Source: Polyangiaceae bacterium
GTDB lineage: Bacteria > Myxococcota_A > Polyangia > Polyangiales > Polyangiaceae
Assembly: GCA_965222375.1 (NCBI GenBank)
Contig: CBDCTZ010000008.1
Location: 96,001 to 160,000, forward strand
DNA length: 64,000 nt
Direction of reading: 5' to 3'
In this document: positions 1-9,335 of the stretch, piece after piece
How positions within the stretch are numbered: position 1 is the stretch's first letter
Layout of the letters: every line of letters starts with the position of its first letter
Notes under the pieces: model-generated
Told to the model about the DNA's origin: nothing
Database searches by the model: none
The model's input: the letters and a program-made list of their open reading frames with translations, nothing else
Position numbers and translations under genes: made by a program

Positions 1-35
1 AAAACTTTGCGCGAAACTCGGACTCGGAGCGCCCT

Positions 36-56
36 CAGGCACCGGTCCGGTGCCTG
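36..56. repeat. Perfect inverted repeat CAGGCACCGG-T-CCGGTGCCTG just downstream of the 66..1136 CDS
   Basis: 10-bp arms read directly from the sequence; no U-tract, so a terminator role is uncertain. Confidence 0.5.
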
Positions 57-65
57 CAGCCAGGG

Positions 66-1136
66 CTACCACTCGTCGTCGTCGTCACCCAGCTCGGCGC
101 TGTATGAGACGATTGCGGTGCCGCCGCCCACGATACCCAGCGGGTTCCAGGGCGGCTTGACCACGCCGATCGGGGAATTGTCCAGCACTACGATGTACTG
201 GCCTCGCGGCAGCTTGGTGATCCGCTTCAGCTCCACGCCTGGGCTGAGGGGAAAGCCCGCGACGGGCGGTTGGGGCGGTGGCCCGAGGGACATGCCTTTC
301 TGGAGCCCTTCCCGCCAAAGATCCGCGGTGCCTCGACGGAAGATCATCACGTCGACGGCCGGGCCGGTCAGACGCATACGCAGGAACAGCGCCTGGTCAT
401 CATCCGCCACCTCGAAAGGTCCTAGGAAATCCAGCTGGTTATTGCGGACCTCGGCTGTTTCATTCGCAAAGACGAAGCGATCTTCGTCGGTATCGAAGGG
501 TCGAGGCGGCCGCGCCGGCGGCTGCAACAGCCCCAACGTAAATTCGTCCCCGGAGTCCGAGTGCACCACCGTGAAGCCTTGGAACAAGTGGTAACTCACA
601 ATTTGATTGCCGAAGGTGTTCGCAACGAAGCCCGCCGGAGTCTTGGTTGCCAGATCGACGACCTTGTTCTCGACAGATCCGATCTTGAAGTCGGGGCCAA
701 AAATCACGTTCGGTCGCTTGGCCCAGACGTAAACTGCGTCTTCAGCCATGAAGAAATCGAAGCCATACTCAACGCTGGCATCCATGGAAAACCCGACCCG
801 GCCAGCAACGGGAGTCCAGGCGTAGCCCGTGCCGCCGAAGTGGATGGTTACCGTGCGCTTGTCATCGTTGACGTCATGGCGACAGCGAGTCGGAAAGAAG
901 CGTCCGATCGTGTTTCCCTGAGGCGAGAGCTTGAGAGGTGCGCCTTTCTTGAGCATTTCCGGGCACATCCTTTGGGCTCCGAAATTCGAAAACAGCCACC
1001 AACGCAATCCAGGGCTGGCATTGATCGGCCCCTTGATGCAGGGGCAACCGACGAACACGAAGGCGACGGACAGGACCAGGCATAGTCGCAGCCAGACAGA
1101 GCTGCCGCGCGGAGTTCGGCCTTTCCGATCGAGCAT
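66..1136 (-). CDS. Hypothetical lipoprotein/exported protein
   Basis: 356-aa ORF with a hydrophobic N-terminus ending VFVGC and normal globular composition. Confidence 0.75.
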   Translation of the reverse strand: MLDRKGRTPRGSSVWLRLCLVLSVAFVFVGCPCIKGPINASPGLRWWLFSNFGAQRMCPEMLKKGAPLKLSPQGNTIGRFFPTRCRHDVNDDKRTVTIHFGGTGYAWTPVAGRVGFSMDASVEYGFDFFMAEDAVYVWAKRPNVIFGPDFKIGSVENKVVDLATKTPAGFVANTFGNQIVSYHLFQGFTVVHSDSGDEFTLGLLQPPARPPRPFDTDEDRFVFANETAEVRNNQLDFLGPFEVADDDQALFLRMRLTGPAVDVMIFRRGTADLWREGLQKGMSLGPPPQPPVAGFPLSPGVELKRITKLPRGQYIVVLDNSPIGVVKPPWNPLGIVGGGTAIVSYSAELGDDDDEW

Positions 1137-1206
1137 GCATTACGTTCTACTCCACGCCGCCCGAGATCGATCCCGGCTGACCTTAAACGTCTTTAATTTC
1201 AATCAT

Positions 1207-2118
1207 TTACACTTTTGCTTCAGACGATGCGACGCGGCCGGCGAAAGCGTCGGACGCGATTCGAGCCAGGCCCCGGATCAGCCCCGGATCGTCGTCCAGA
1301 GCTGGCACCCGGCGGAAATCCAGACCGAGTTCCCGAGCCTGCGCGGCGGCTTCCACGTCCAAGTCGAACAGTGTTTCTACGTGCTCGGCCACGAACCCCA
1401 AGGGTGCCACCACCACTCCGCTGCGCCCTCGGGCTTTCGAGGTCGTCATCACTTCCCGCAACGATGGCCCTAGCCACTCGCCCGCGTCCGCCCCTTGGCT
1501 CTGGTAGGCGAGGGCAGCGTCGCGCCCGAGGCGCGCTGCGACGGCCCGCACGGCGGTCTCGAACTGAACAACGTAGGGGTCGCCGGCCTGAATCACCCTC
1601 GTGGGCAGACTGTGTGCTGTCAGGACAAGTTCGTAGTTCGCTGCGTCAGCTAGCTGCTTCTCGATGCGCACCGCGTAGGCTTCGACAAACTCAGGACACA
1701 AACCCCAGGGCTCCGTTTGGAGCAACTCAGGACAGCGACTCCCAAAGGTGGGCGTCAGGCGTGCATGTTCACCCCGGGCGTGTTCGCAGTAGATGTGCAC
1801 CGAAAAAGGCGCCATGGGCAGAATGCAGAGCCGACGGATCCCAAGCTCCGCAGCACCGCCGAGAGCTTCCCCGACTTCCGGGTGCCAGAGGCGCATGCCA
1901 ACCAGTACCGGTAGCTCCAGCTCCCGAGAAAGCGCCGCCGCTTGCTGGCGAGTGGTGGCGAGCAGAGGGGAGCCGCCAATCGCCTCGTAGCGCGTGCGCA
2001 GCTCCTTCACCAATTCCGGCGGCGCCGGCCGTCCTCGGCGAATGCGCTTCACGAAGGCCGCGAGATCATCCAGATCTTCCACGGTTCCGTGGGCCACGAG
2101 CAGGACGCCGTCACTCAT
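1207..2118 (-). CDS. hemH: Ferrochelatase
   Basis: VLLVAHG, YEAIGGSPL, GMRLWHP, TAHSLP, YQSQG..WLGP and GFVAEHVETLFDLD motifs; start trimmed to the ATG at 2118. Confidence 0.93.
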   Translation of the reverse strand: MSDGVLLVAHGTVEDLDDLAAFVKRIRRGRPAPPELVKELRTRYEAIGGSPLLATTRQQAAALSRELELPVLVGMRLWHPEVGEALGGAAELGIRRLCILPMAPFSVHIYCEHARGEHARLTPTFGSRCPELLQTEPWGLCPEFVEAYAVRIEKQLADAANYELVLTAHSLPTRVIQAGDPYVVQFETAVRAVAARLGRDAALAYQSQGADAGEWLGPSLREVMTTSKARGRSGVVVAPLGFVAEHVETLFDLDVEAAAQARELGLDFRRVPALDDDPGLIRGLARIASDAFAGRVASSEAKV

Positions 2119-2193
2119 GGGCAACGTATAGAGGCCGCGCGGCGCAAGGAAAACCCCTGTACACCGAAGCAGACATCGCACGCGCAGAAAATT

Positions 2194-2351
2194 CCCTGGG
2201 CGGGTAGGCGATTTGGTCGGCACGTTGGGGACTCAGTTGCGCACAATCTGTACGGAGGCCCACCCTCGGGCGGTGACCGCGTGTCGGGTGGTGGGGGTGG
2301 TTGGTTGCTAGGAAATCTGGTCAAGGCCGACGCCGGAGCTGACGGGTTTCT
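2194..2351 (+). repeat. Non-coding dispersed element, uninterrupted homolog of the intron/IS-disrupted region upstream of the HNH gene
   Basis: 2194-2273 aligns by eye at about 67/80 nt with minus-strand 23254-23240 joined to 21295-21232; 2326-2339 matches 19617-19604; 2340-2351 matches 19532-19521 exactly. Confidence 0.85.
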
Positions 2352-2383
2352 CAGCCTGGGGGTGGCGTGTACAGTGGCCCCAA

Positions 2384-3154
2384 ATGGTACAGTCACGCAT
2401 CAACCTGGACAGCAAGGTCGCCATCATCAGCGGTGCTAGCCGAGGGATCGGCGCCGCCATTGCCAACTGCTTCGCCGAGTCCGGTGCAAAGGTCGTGGTG
2501 GCCTCACGCAAGCTCGACGCCGTAACCCCCGTGGCTGCTGCCATCGAAAAAGCGGGGGGGCAGGCGCACGCGGTCGCGGCGCACGTGGGCCACATCGACC
2601 AATGCCATGCACTCGTCACCTCCGCTGTGGAGCAATTCGACAAGGTCGACATCCTGATCAACTGCGCTGGAACCAATCCCTACTTCGGGCCCGTCATCGG
2701 CATCGACCCCGGCGCGTATCAGAAGACCTTCGACGTGAATCTGCGAGGCGCCGTGGAGACTTCTCGTGCCTTTGCGGATCATGTCATCGGCCGCAAAGGC
2801 ACGGGTTCGATCGTGAGCATCGCCAGCGTCGCCGGGATGCGCGCTGCGCCCATGCAGGGTGTGTATGGCATGACCAAAGCTGCCATGATCAGCATGACCC
2901 AGTCGCTGGCCTTTGAACTCGGATCCAGCGGAATTCGAGTCAACGCCGTTTCCCCGGGTTTGGTCGAAACCCGCCTGGCGGCCGCGATCACGTCCAGCGA
3001 CTCTCTGGTGCAGATGGTCAATCAACGCACCGCTTTGGGCCGCGTGGGCGCGCCTGAAGAAATCGCCAACGCGGTGCTGTTCTTGGCATCCGACGCCGCG
3101 AGCTTCGTCACCGGTCAGACTCTGGCCGTGGATGGTGGCTTCACGGCCTACTAG
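2384..3154 (+). CDS. SDR family oxidoreductase
   Basis: SGASRGIG, NCAG, YGMTK and VDGG motifs. Confidence 0.93.
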   Translation: MVQSRINLDSKVAIISGASRGIGAAIANCFAESGAKVVVASRKLDAVTPVAAAIEKAGGQAHAVAAHVGHIDQCHALVTSAVEQFDKVDILINCAGTNPYFGPVIGIDPGAYQKTFDVNLRGAVETSRAFADHVIGRKGTGSIVSIASVAGMRAAPMQGVYGMTKAAMISMTQSLAFELGSSGIRVNAVSPGLVETRLAAAITSSDSLVQMVNQRTALGRVGAPEEIANAVLFLASDAASFVTGQTLAVDGGFTAY

Positions 3155-4633
3155 TCAGTCCGCGGCTGCATCCGCCGCGGCGTCCGACGTCGTCGCATCG
3201 GAACCGCCGTCAGTGCCGCCGTCAGCGCCGTCACAAATGCCAGCATTACAGGCATTGCCGGGGCCGCATTTGTTCCCGCAGCTGCCGCAATTCGCCGGGC
3301 TCTTTTGGGTGTTCACGCATTCGGCGGGCGTGCCGCACTCGGATTCCGAGCTGCCGCAAACGCATGCTCCTGCCACACAGCCGCGCCCGCCGGTGCAGAT
3401 AACCCCGCAGGCACCGCAGTTGGCGCTGTCCGTCTGGGTGTCAACGCAGGCGTTGTTGCAGTCCGTCTCCGAGGACTGACACGCACTCGCGCAAGAGCTC
3501 TGAGAACAAACTTGGCTAGTCGTGCATGCCGTTCCACACGCGGAGCAGTTCGCGGGGTCCGTGGATGTATCCACACAAACGCCGTTGCAGAGAGTCAAGC
3601 CACCTGGGCAAACGCAGGCCCCGGACTTGCACTCTTGTCCCCCTGTGCACTGGGTGCCGCAGGCGCCACAGTTCAGCGGGTCATTGCTCAGCCTCGTACA
3701 GCTGCCCCCGCACTGGACCTGCTGGGTCGGGCAGCCCTGATCGGAACAGGCGCCGTTGAGACAGGCTTCGCCTGCCTTGCAGGCCGTTCCGCATGCCCCG
3801 CAGTGCTGAAAGGCAATTTGCGTATCGACGCATTGGGTGCCGCAGAGGGTGCGGCCGGCACCGCAGTCGCAAACGCCCTGGTTACATACCAACCCATTGC
3901 CGCACTTCGTTCCACAAGCCCCGCAATTGTTCGCGTCGCTGTTCGTGTCGACGCAACTGCCAGCACAAAGCGTCAAAGGTGCCGTGCAACCCGCGGCACA
4001 GGCGCCGGCGTTGCAGACCTGATTGGCTCCGCACGCGTTGCCACAAGCGCCGCAGTTTGCCGAGTCAGTAGCGGTATTGACGCAGGTGCCGCCGCAGTCC
4101 ATCTGGCCGGCGGTGCAGACACAACTGCCGCCCGAACACACTTTGCCGCCGGTGCAAGCGCTGCCACAAGCGCCGCAGTGCTGCGAGTCGCTCTGCAAGT
4201 CAACGCAGCTCGTCCCGCACTTCGTGAGGCTCCCGCAATCCGTCGAACACACTCCCAAGGCACACACTTCACCGGAGCCACAAGCGACCCCACATGCACC
4301 GCAGTTGTTCGGATCCGTGTCCGGGTTCGAGCAGACTCCGGAACAATCGATTTCGCCCGGGCCGCATGTGGGCGGACCGCCATCCCCCGCGTCCGAAGCG
4401 CCACCACTCCCGCTAGCGCCGCCGGTGGCGCCGGTGCCAGATGCCCCGCCGCTCCCAGAACCCCCACCGGTCCCAGCACCTCCCGAACTGCTGTCGCTTC
4501 CGGCATCAACACCGCCGCTTCCTCCCGTCGCGGCCCCGTCGTCATCGTCCCCGCATTGAACCTGAAGTAGTGCAATGCCCAGGATTAGAGCGGAGGAACC
4601 CAGGAGTCGAAGTCTGCGCGCAATTTGAGCCAT
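3155..4633 (-). CDS. Myxobacterial Cys-rich repeat lipoprotein (D..NCGACG..C repeats)
   Basis: Signal peptide with Cys, Gly/Ser linker, about 10 CVD...NCGACG repeats. Confidence 0.88.
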   Translation of the reverse strand: MAQIARRLRLLGSSALILGIALLQVQCGDDDDGAATGGSGGVDAGSDSSSGGAGTGGGSGSGGASGTGATGGASGSGGASDAGDGGPPTCGPGEIDCSGVCSNPDTDPNNCGACGVACGSGEVCALGVCSTDCGSLTKCGTSCVDLQSDSQHCGACGSACTGGKVCSGGSCVCTAGQMDCGGTCVNTATDSANCGACGNACGANQVCNAGACAAGCTAPLTLCAGSCVDTNSDANNCGACGTKCGNGLVCNQGVCDCGAGRTLCGTQCVDTQIAFQHCGACGTACKAGEACLNGACSDQGCPTQQVQCGGSCTRLSNDPLNCGACGTQCTGGQECKSGACVCPGGLTLCNGVCVDTSTDPANCSACGTACTTSQVCSQSSCASACQSSETDCNNACVDTQTDSANCGACGVICTGGRGCVAGACVCGSSESECGTPAECVNTQKSPANCGSCGNKCGPGNACNAGICDGADGGTDGGSDATTSDAAADAAAD

Positions 4634-4704
4634 GACATCGTGGGTGGACGCACCGCCTCCATTTTATTAACGCTGACGGACATTTTTCGCTCAGGAGCCA
4701 AGCC

Positions 4705-6318
4705 ATGTTTCGCGTTCCCCAGCCCCAAAACGAACCCGTACTGAGCTTTCGCCCTGGGAGCCCCGAACGCACTGCCCTCGAGGCGCAGGTCGCGGACCTG
4801 AGCCGCGCACCCAGCGAGGCCCCACTTTGGATCGGTGGACGCGCCATCTCGACCAAGCAAACGCGCAAGGCGACCTGCCCGCATCGCCACGCGCAGACCC
4901 TCGTGAGCCACTCCGAAGCCGGCCAAGCCGAGGTCAGCGCGGCCATCGACGCCGCGCGCAAGGCTCGACACGGCTGGGCGGAGATGTCCTTCCATGCTCG
5001 CGCTGCGGTTTTCTTACGCGCGGCGGAGCTCCTCGCTGGACCTTGGCGCCAGCGAGTCAACGCGGCAACGGTGCTCAACCAGAGCAAGACGCCCCATCAG
5101 GCCGAGATCGACGCTGCTTGTGAGTTGATCGACTTCTTTCGCTTCAACGCCCACTTCGCCGAGCAGCTCGCGGACGCCCAGCCCCGCTCAGATCGCGGGA
5201 TCTGGAATCAGAGCGAACTGCGCCCGCTGGACGGCTTCGTCTACGCCGTCTCGCCCTTCAACTTCACTAGCATCGCGGCAAATCTGCCTGCAGCTCCCGC
5301 GATCATGGGCAACACCGTGATTTGGAAACCGTCCCCCCACGCGGTACTGGCCGCCCACGTTTTGATGGAGCTCTTCATCGAGGCCGGCGTGCCTGCCGGA
5401 GTGATCAACCTCGTGTACGGAGACGCAGCCGCGATCACCGACCAGCTCCTGACTCAGGAGGACTTTGCGGGCCTCCACTTCACGGGGTCCACGGCAGTGC
5501 TCAAGCAGTTGTTCTCGAAGGTGGGGGACAACATCGAGCGCTATCGCGGGTATCCGCGCATCGTTGGAGAGAGCGGCGGCAAGGACTTCATCGTCGCGCA
5601 CCCCAGCGCCGATCCGGAAGCCCTGTGCGTGGCGGCGCTTCGGGGCGCGTATGAATTCCAAGGCCAGAAGTGCTCTGCCGCTTCGCGCATGTACGTTCCG
5701 AAGAGCCTCTGGAAGGGCCTCGAGGCGCGTCTGACGGCCGAAATGAAACAGCTGCGGATGGGAGATCCGATGGAGACGGGCGTTTTTCTGGGAGCGGTCA
5801 TCGGCAAGCATGCCTTCGACCGACTCCAGAGCTACCAGCAGCTGGCCAAGACCGATGCGAAGTGTCGCGTCGTCGCTGGCGGCGGCGCCGACGAGTCCGT
5901 CGGCTACTTCGTAGACCCCACACTGGTGGTCACGGAAGATCCGAAGCACCGCCTGATGCAGGAAGAGATTTTTGGCCCTCTGCTCACCGTGTTCGTCTAC
6001 GAAGACTCCAAATTCGAGGAAACCCTCGCGACCTGCGACAGCACCAGCCCCTATGCTCTCACTGGTGCGATCTTCGCCCGGGACCGCGCCGCCGTGGAGC
6101 TAGCCAGCGCACGTTTGCGCTTCGCCGCCGGCAACTTCTACATCAACGACAAGCCCACGGGCGCCGTCGTCGGCCAGCAGCCCTTTGGCGGCGGTCGCGC
6201 CTCAGGCACCAACGACAAAGCCGGCGCCGCCTGGAACCTGATGCGCTGGGCCTCCCCCCGCTCGATCAAAGAAAATCTCGCCCCACCCACGGACTGGCGC
6301 TACCCCTTCCTCGGCTGA
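4705..6318 (+). CDS. pruA: L-glutamate gamma-semialdehyde (P5C) dehydrogenase
   Basis: SPFNFTSIA, FTGST, ESGGKDF, QGQKCSAASR, EEIFGP and QQPFGGGRASGTNDKAG motifs. Confidence 0.95.
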   Translation: MFRVPQPQNEPVLSFRPGSPERTALEAQVADLSRAPSEAPLWIGGRAISTKQTRKATCPHRHAQTLVSHSEAGQAEVSAAIDAARKARHGWAEMSFHARAAVFLRAAELLAGPWRQRVNAATVLNQSKTPHQAEIDAACELIDFFRFNAHFAEQLADAQPRSDRGIWNQSELRPLDGFVYAVSPFNFTSIAANLPAAPAIMGNTVIWKPSPHAVLAAHVLMELFIEAGVPAGVINLVYGDAAAITDQLLTQEDFAGLHFTGSTAVLKQLFSKVGDNIERYRGYPRIVGESGGKDFIVAHPSADPEALCVAALRGAYEFQGQKCSAASRMYVPKSLWKGLEARLTAEMKQLRMGDPMETGVFLGAVIGKHAFDRLQSYQQLAKTDAKCRVVAGGGADESVGYFVDPTLVVTEDPKHRLMQEEIFGPLLTVFVYEDSKFEETLATCDSTSPYALTGAIFARDRAAVELASARLRFAAGNFYINDKPTGAVVGQQPFGGGRASGTNDKAGAAWNLMRWASPRSIKENLAPPTDWRYPFLG

Positions 6319-6321
6319 AGG

Positions 6322-6789
6322 CTACTTCTCAAAGCAATACAAGTGCGCAACGCCTGTGCAAGCTTTTGGTGTGCTGGCTGTCCATAGGCTGGTGGACCCG
6401 GGCACGCCGACAGTTCCTTTCGCAGCGGTGGACTTCCAGCTGTTGCAATGCGGCGCAAGGAGTTTTCCGAAGCCATCCGTGGCCGTCCACGCGTTTCCAG
6501 CCGGGACGACCACACCGGTTTCGTCCACGTCGATTGGACTTTGCGGGAAGTTGCCATTGGCGATGTCGCTTGCGGACTTGAAGACGACTTTGCCGTCGAG
6601 CTCCTTCCACGGCCCCTTCACCCCGAGAAGCCCGTCTATCGCGTTGGACGCGCCTGTGGAGATCCAGGCATGCCACTTCCTTCCGGCGGTCAGCCCAGAG
6701 GCGTCGGCTGCGGTCTTGCACAGGGCGTTTGCCGCTGCCTCGGCGTCAGCGCCTGACGCGAAATTGCCAGGGTAGTTCTTGGCCGTCAC
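6322..6789 (-). CDS. DUF1554-like (C-type-lectin-like) domain protein, possibly N-terminally truncated
   Basis: VT..YPGN, AANALC, WHAWIS, DETG..AWTAT and HLYCFE pattern; no signal peptide. Confidence 0.65.
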   Translation of the reverse strand: MTAKNYPGNFASGADAEAAANALCKTAADASGLTAGRKWHAWISTGASNAIDGLLGVKGPWKELDGKVVFKSASDIANGNFPQSPIDVDETGVVVPAGNAWTATDGFGKLLAPHCNSWKSTAAKGTVGVPGSTSLWTASTPKACTGVAHLYCFEK

Positions 6790-6791
6790 AA

Positions 6792-7988
6792 TCAGGTACG
6801 CAAGATGAACTGGATCTCGGTTTCGAGCACCGGCGTTCCCAGGTCCAACTCGAGCATGCGCTGGCGGACCTCGTCGCCGCGATAGCCGAAGGCGCTGCCG
6901 CGCACGTCCCTGACCCGCTCGACCTGACCATCGGCGCGGGTCAACTCGAACCAGCGCCCGTCGGCCTCCTCGAGCACCCGCGCAGCCGAATACTGCGAGT
7001 AGCTGTAGCCGCCTCCGTGGGGCAACAGATTGACCCGGCGGAGGCGATCCAGCAGCCCTAGACGCTGCGCGCGCTCCCCGAAGCCGGTGGCCTCGAGGGC
7101 CGCGTCGGACATGCTGGGCGTGGGTTCGACCAGATAAGCGGGCAGCTCCGGACCTAGGGTGAGCGGAAAGAGCTGCCCACGCTGCAGGTCGTCGTCATCG
7201 AAGCAGTAGCAGCCCAAGATGGCGTCGTTCATCACCGAGAGCCCCTGATGGGTTCGGTTGCAGATCACCGTCAGCGGCCCCAGCAGCGCGCGAGCCAGCG
7301 CCTCGCGCCGCTTCAAGCTGAACTCCTGGCACCAGCTGTAGGCGGCGAACCACTCTTTGGCCGTGTCGCCGCGGAGGATGTGCAGAGGACCCCAAGGCGT
7401 CTCTCGAGTCTCCATCATGGCCTGCAAGCGTTCGCTTTGGTCCCAGTAGATGCCGGGACCCTTGGGAGATGTCTCGCGAAACTCGTGTCCGCTCGAGTGA
7501 ATGATTGACAGCATTTCCGAGCCGACGTCCACGGATGGATCTTTCGAACGCACGGCACACAAGTCCAAAAAGTGGTTTCCCTCCCCAAGATCGAAATCGA
7601 TCTCCACGCCCTCCAGCTCCATGGGCGTTTCCATCAGCGCCTTGGAGCGGGCTTCGATCTCGGCAACAGGCGGAGGGTCGTGCAGTGCCACGGCGATCAT
7701 GCCGCAATGGTTGCTCTTGATGTCCAACACCGCGAAGTCACCAGTCCACTGGACTCGTCCGCCGTAGCCGAAGCCCTGGTTCCAGCGGTTCTTGTTGCGG
7801 GTCACCGTGGCGTCCGGCGCGCCGACGAAGCTGGCATCCTGGGGTAGGCCCAGCTGACCCTGAACGTGCTGAATCTTCGCGATTCCATAGGGCATGTTCA
7901 GGGCGCACAGGGCTTCGCCCACGTCGCCCACGCCCGAAAGAAAGCAATGATCCCGGGCCCGCTGCAGGGCTGGGTCGGAACTGGTCAT
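6792..7988 (-). CDS. Divergent RtcB-like (RNA ligase fold) protein
   Basis: Motifs in RtcB order: APD, GFGYGG, NHCGM, LGEGNHFLD, IHSSG, RTHQ, PHGGG; start trimmed to the ATG at 7988. Confidence 0.7.
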   Translation of the reverse strand: MTSSDPALQRARDHCFLSGVGDVGEALCALNMPYGIAKIQHVQGQLGLPQDASFVGAPDATVTRNKNRWNQGFGYGGRVQWTGDFAVLDIKSNHCGMIAVALHDPPPVAEIEARSKALMETPMELEGVEIDFDLGEGNHFLDLCAVRSKDPSVDVGSEMLSIIHSSGHEFRETSPKGPGIYWDQSERLQAMMETRETPWGPLHILRGDTAKEWFAAYSWCQEFSLKRREALARALLGPLTVICNRTHQGLSVMNDAILGCYCFDDDDLQRGQLFPLTLGPELPAYLVEPTPSMSDAALEATGFGERAQRLGLLDRLRRVNLLPHGGGYSYSQYSAARVLEEADGRWFELTRADGQVERVRDVRGSAFGYRGDEVRQRMLELDLGTPVLETEIQFILRT

Positions 7989-8113
7989 GAGGTGACGCAA
8001 CGTAACAAACGCAACCAGCCCCCGCCAGTCCGGGGCGATCCGGACCAGCGGGGGCCACTTGCCGGAGGACGGACAACACGAGTCATCCATCACACCCGGA
8101 GGGGGAGCTGGGC

Positions 8114-9142
8114 TCAGCCAGGCTCCCCGAATACACAGGCGCTGGGCTCGCCCTCTGGGATCTCCCAAGTCACGTTGTGGCTGTAGCCGATGTAGACGGA
8201 CTGGAATTTGTTGTCCCAGCACTCGGTGGCTTTGATGGTTCCAATCTCCACCGGCACATCGCCGTCCGTGATTGTGATGTCGGAGCGCCCCGCGCCGGTC
8301 GTCTTCCAGCGACTACGAACGCTGATGTTCTCTGGCGCCGTGTTGTTTTCGTCCTCGACGTCCGCGAAGGCCGTGACGTTCAGCGTGCCCGAGCCGTCCT
8401 CTTCGGTCGTGGAGGCAGCAGACCAGTTCTCCGCGGTATGCGAGGGCTTCACGGTGGCCTTGACCACGCGGCGACCCTTGAACAGATCTTGCGTGATGGT
8501 GGGTGGCAGATCGTGCTCGATGGTCACTACGCCCGTGTCGTCCGGGTCGTGACCGAAGGGATCGAGCCCCTGAGCCGCATCCAGGTCGATCGAGAACTGC
8601 CCGTCCCCGTGTTTTTCGTGGCCACGGCCCCAACCCTTACCAGACAGAATCGCGATGTACTGCCCACTGTCACCGGCAGACTTGGGCTTGCCTTCCAAGA
8701 CGTAGTCATACTCCCGGGGGCCCACTTCCGTCACTCGGAAGCGATAGATGACCGGCTCCAGGGCGTCCGACCACGGTCCCCACACGGCTTCGTCTTCGGA
8801 GACACTGGTGGGTCGCGTGTTGACGATGATCCAGACGCTGCCCAGAACGCTGGCCGAGACCTTGTTCACGCCGTGACGAACGTGGCGCGTGAAACCGTAC
8901 CAGTACGCCCAGGGTCCGTTGGCCCAAGGTTCATCATTGGACTGCGCGCTCGAAAGCCCGTCGTAGGACTGAGTGCCCGAAGCTTGGCTCTGCTGCACAC
9001 TCTCCGGCCCGCTCACCACGATCGCTTCTGACTGCGGGATGGCCTCCCTGAACCTAGACGCATCGCTTTCTGGTCCAAGCACGCAGCCCGTCGCCGCCGT
9101 CGTCATCACTGCTCCCAAAACCAACATCGCGCCCGCTCTCAT
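8114..9142 (-). CDS. Hypothetical lipoprotein
   Basis: Lipobox AATGC; beta-rich body ending in ECWD...C. Confidence 0.8.
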   Translation of the reverse strand: MRAGAMLVLGAVMTTAATGCVLGPESDASRFREAIPQSEAIVVSGPESVQQSQASGTQSYDGLSSAQSNDEPWANGPWAYWYGFTRHVRHGVNKVSASVLGSVWIIVNTRPTSVSEDEAVWGPWSDALEPVIYRFRVTEVGPREYDYVLEGKPKSAGDSGQYIAILSGKGWGRGHEKHGDGQFSIDLDAAQGLDPFGHDPDDTGVVTIEHDLPPTITQDLFKGRRVVKATVKPSHTAENWSAASTTEEDGSGTLNVTAFADVEDENNTAPENISVRSRWKTTGAGRSDITITDGDVPVEIGTIKATECWDNKFQSVYIGYSHNVTWEIPEGEPSACVFGEPG

Positions 9143-9335
9143 GACTTCATCTCCCGTTTGGTGGGTGTGCTGCGGGCTCATTCAAGAGTCGCGCCAAACC
9201 GAAGGAGCGCGGATTTCAGGGTTTTCGCCCGAGGCGTGGACTGGCGGCTCCAGGGCAAGGCGTGAACCGGTGTTGGCATGGCCTTTCGCGCTTCTCTCGG
9301 GGATTTGGCGGCGACTGGGCTAGTCTTGGGCCCTT

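Noticed and set aside
3155..4633. Periodic repeats as a CRISPR array
   Set aside because: The repeats are degenerate, in frame and encode Cys-rich protein units; no cas genes
6322..6789. Lectin-like gene as a DGR target
   Set aside because: No template repeat differing at adenines was seen in the window, and the only RT is intron-encoded
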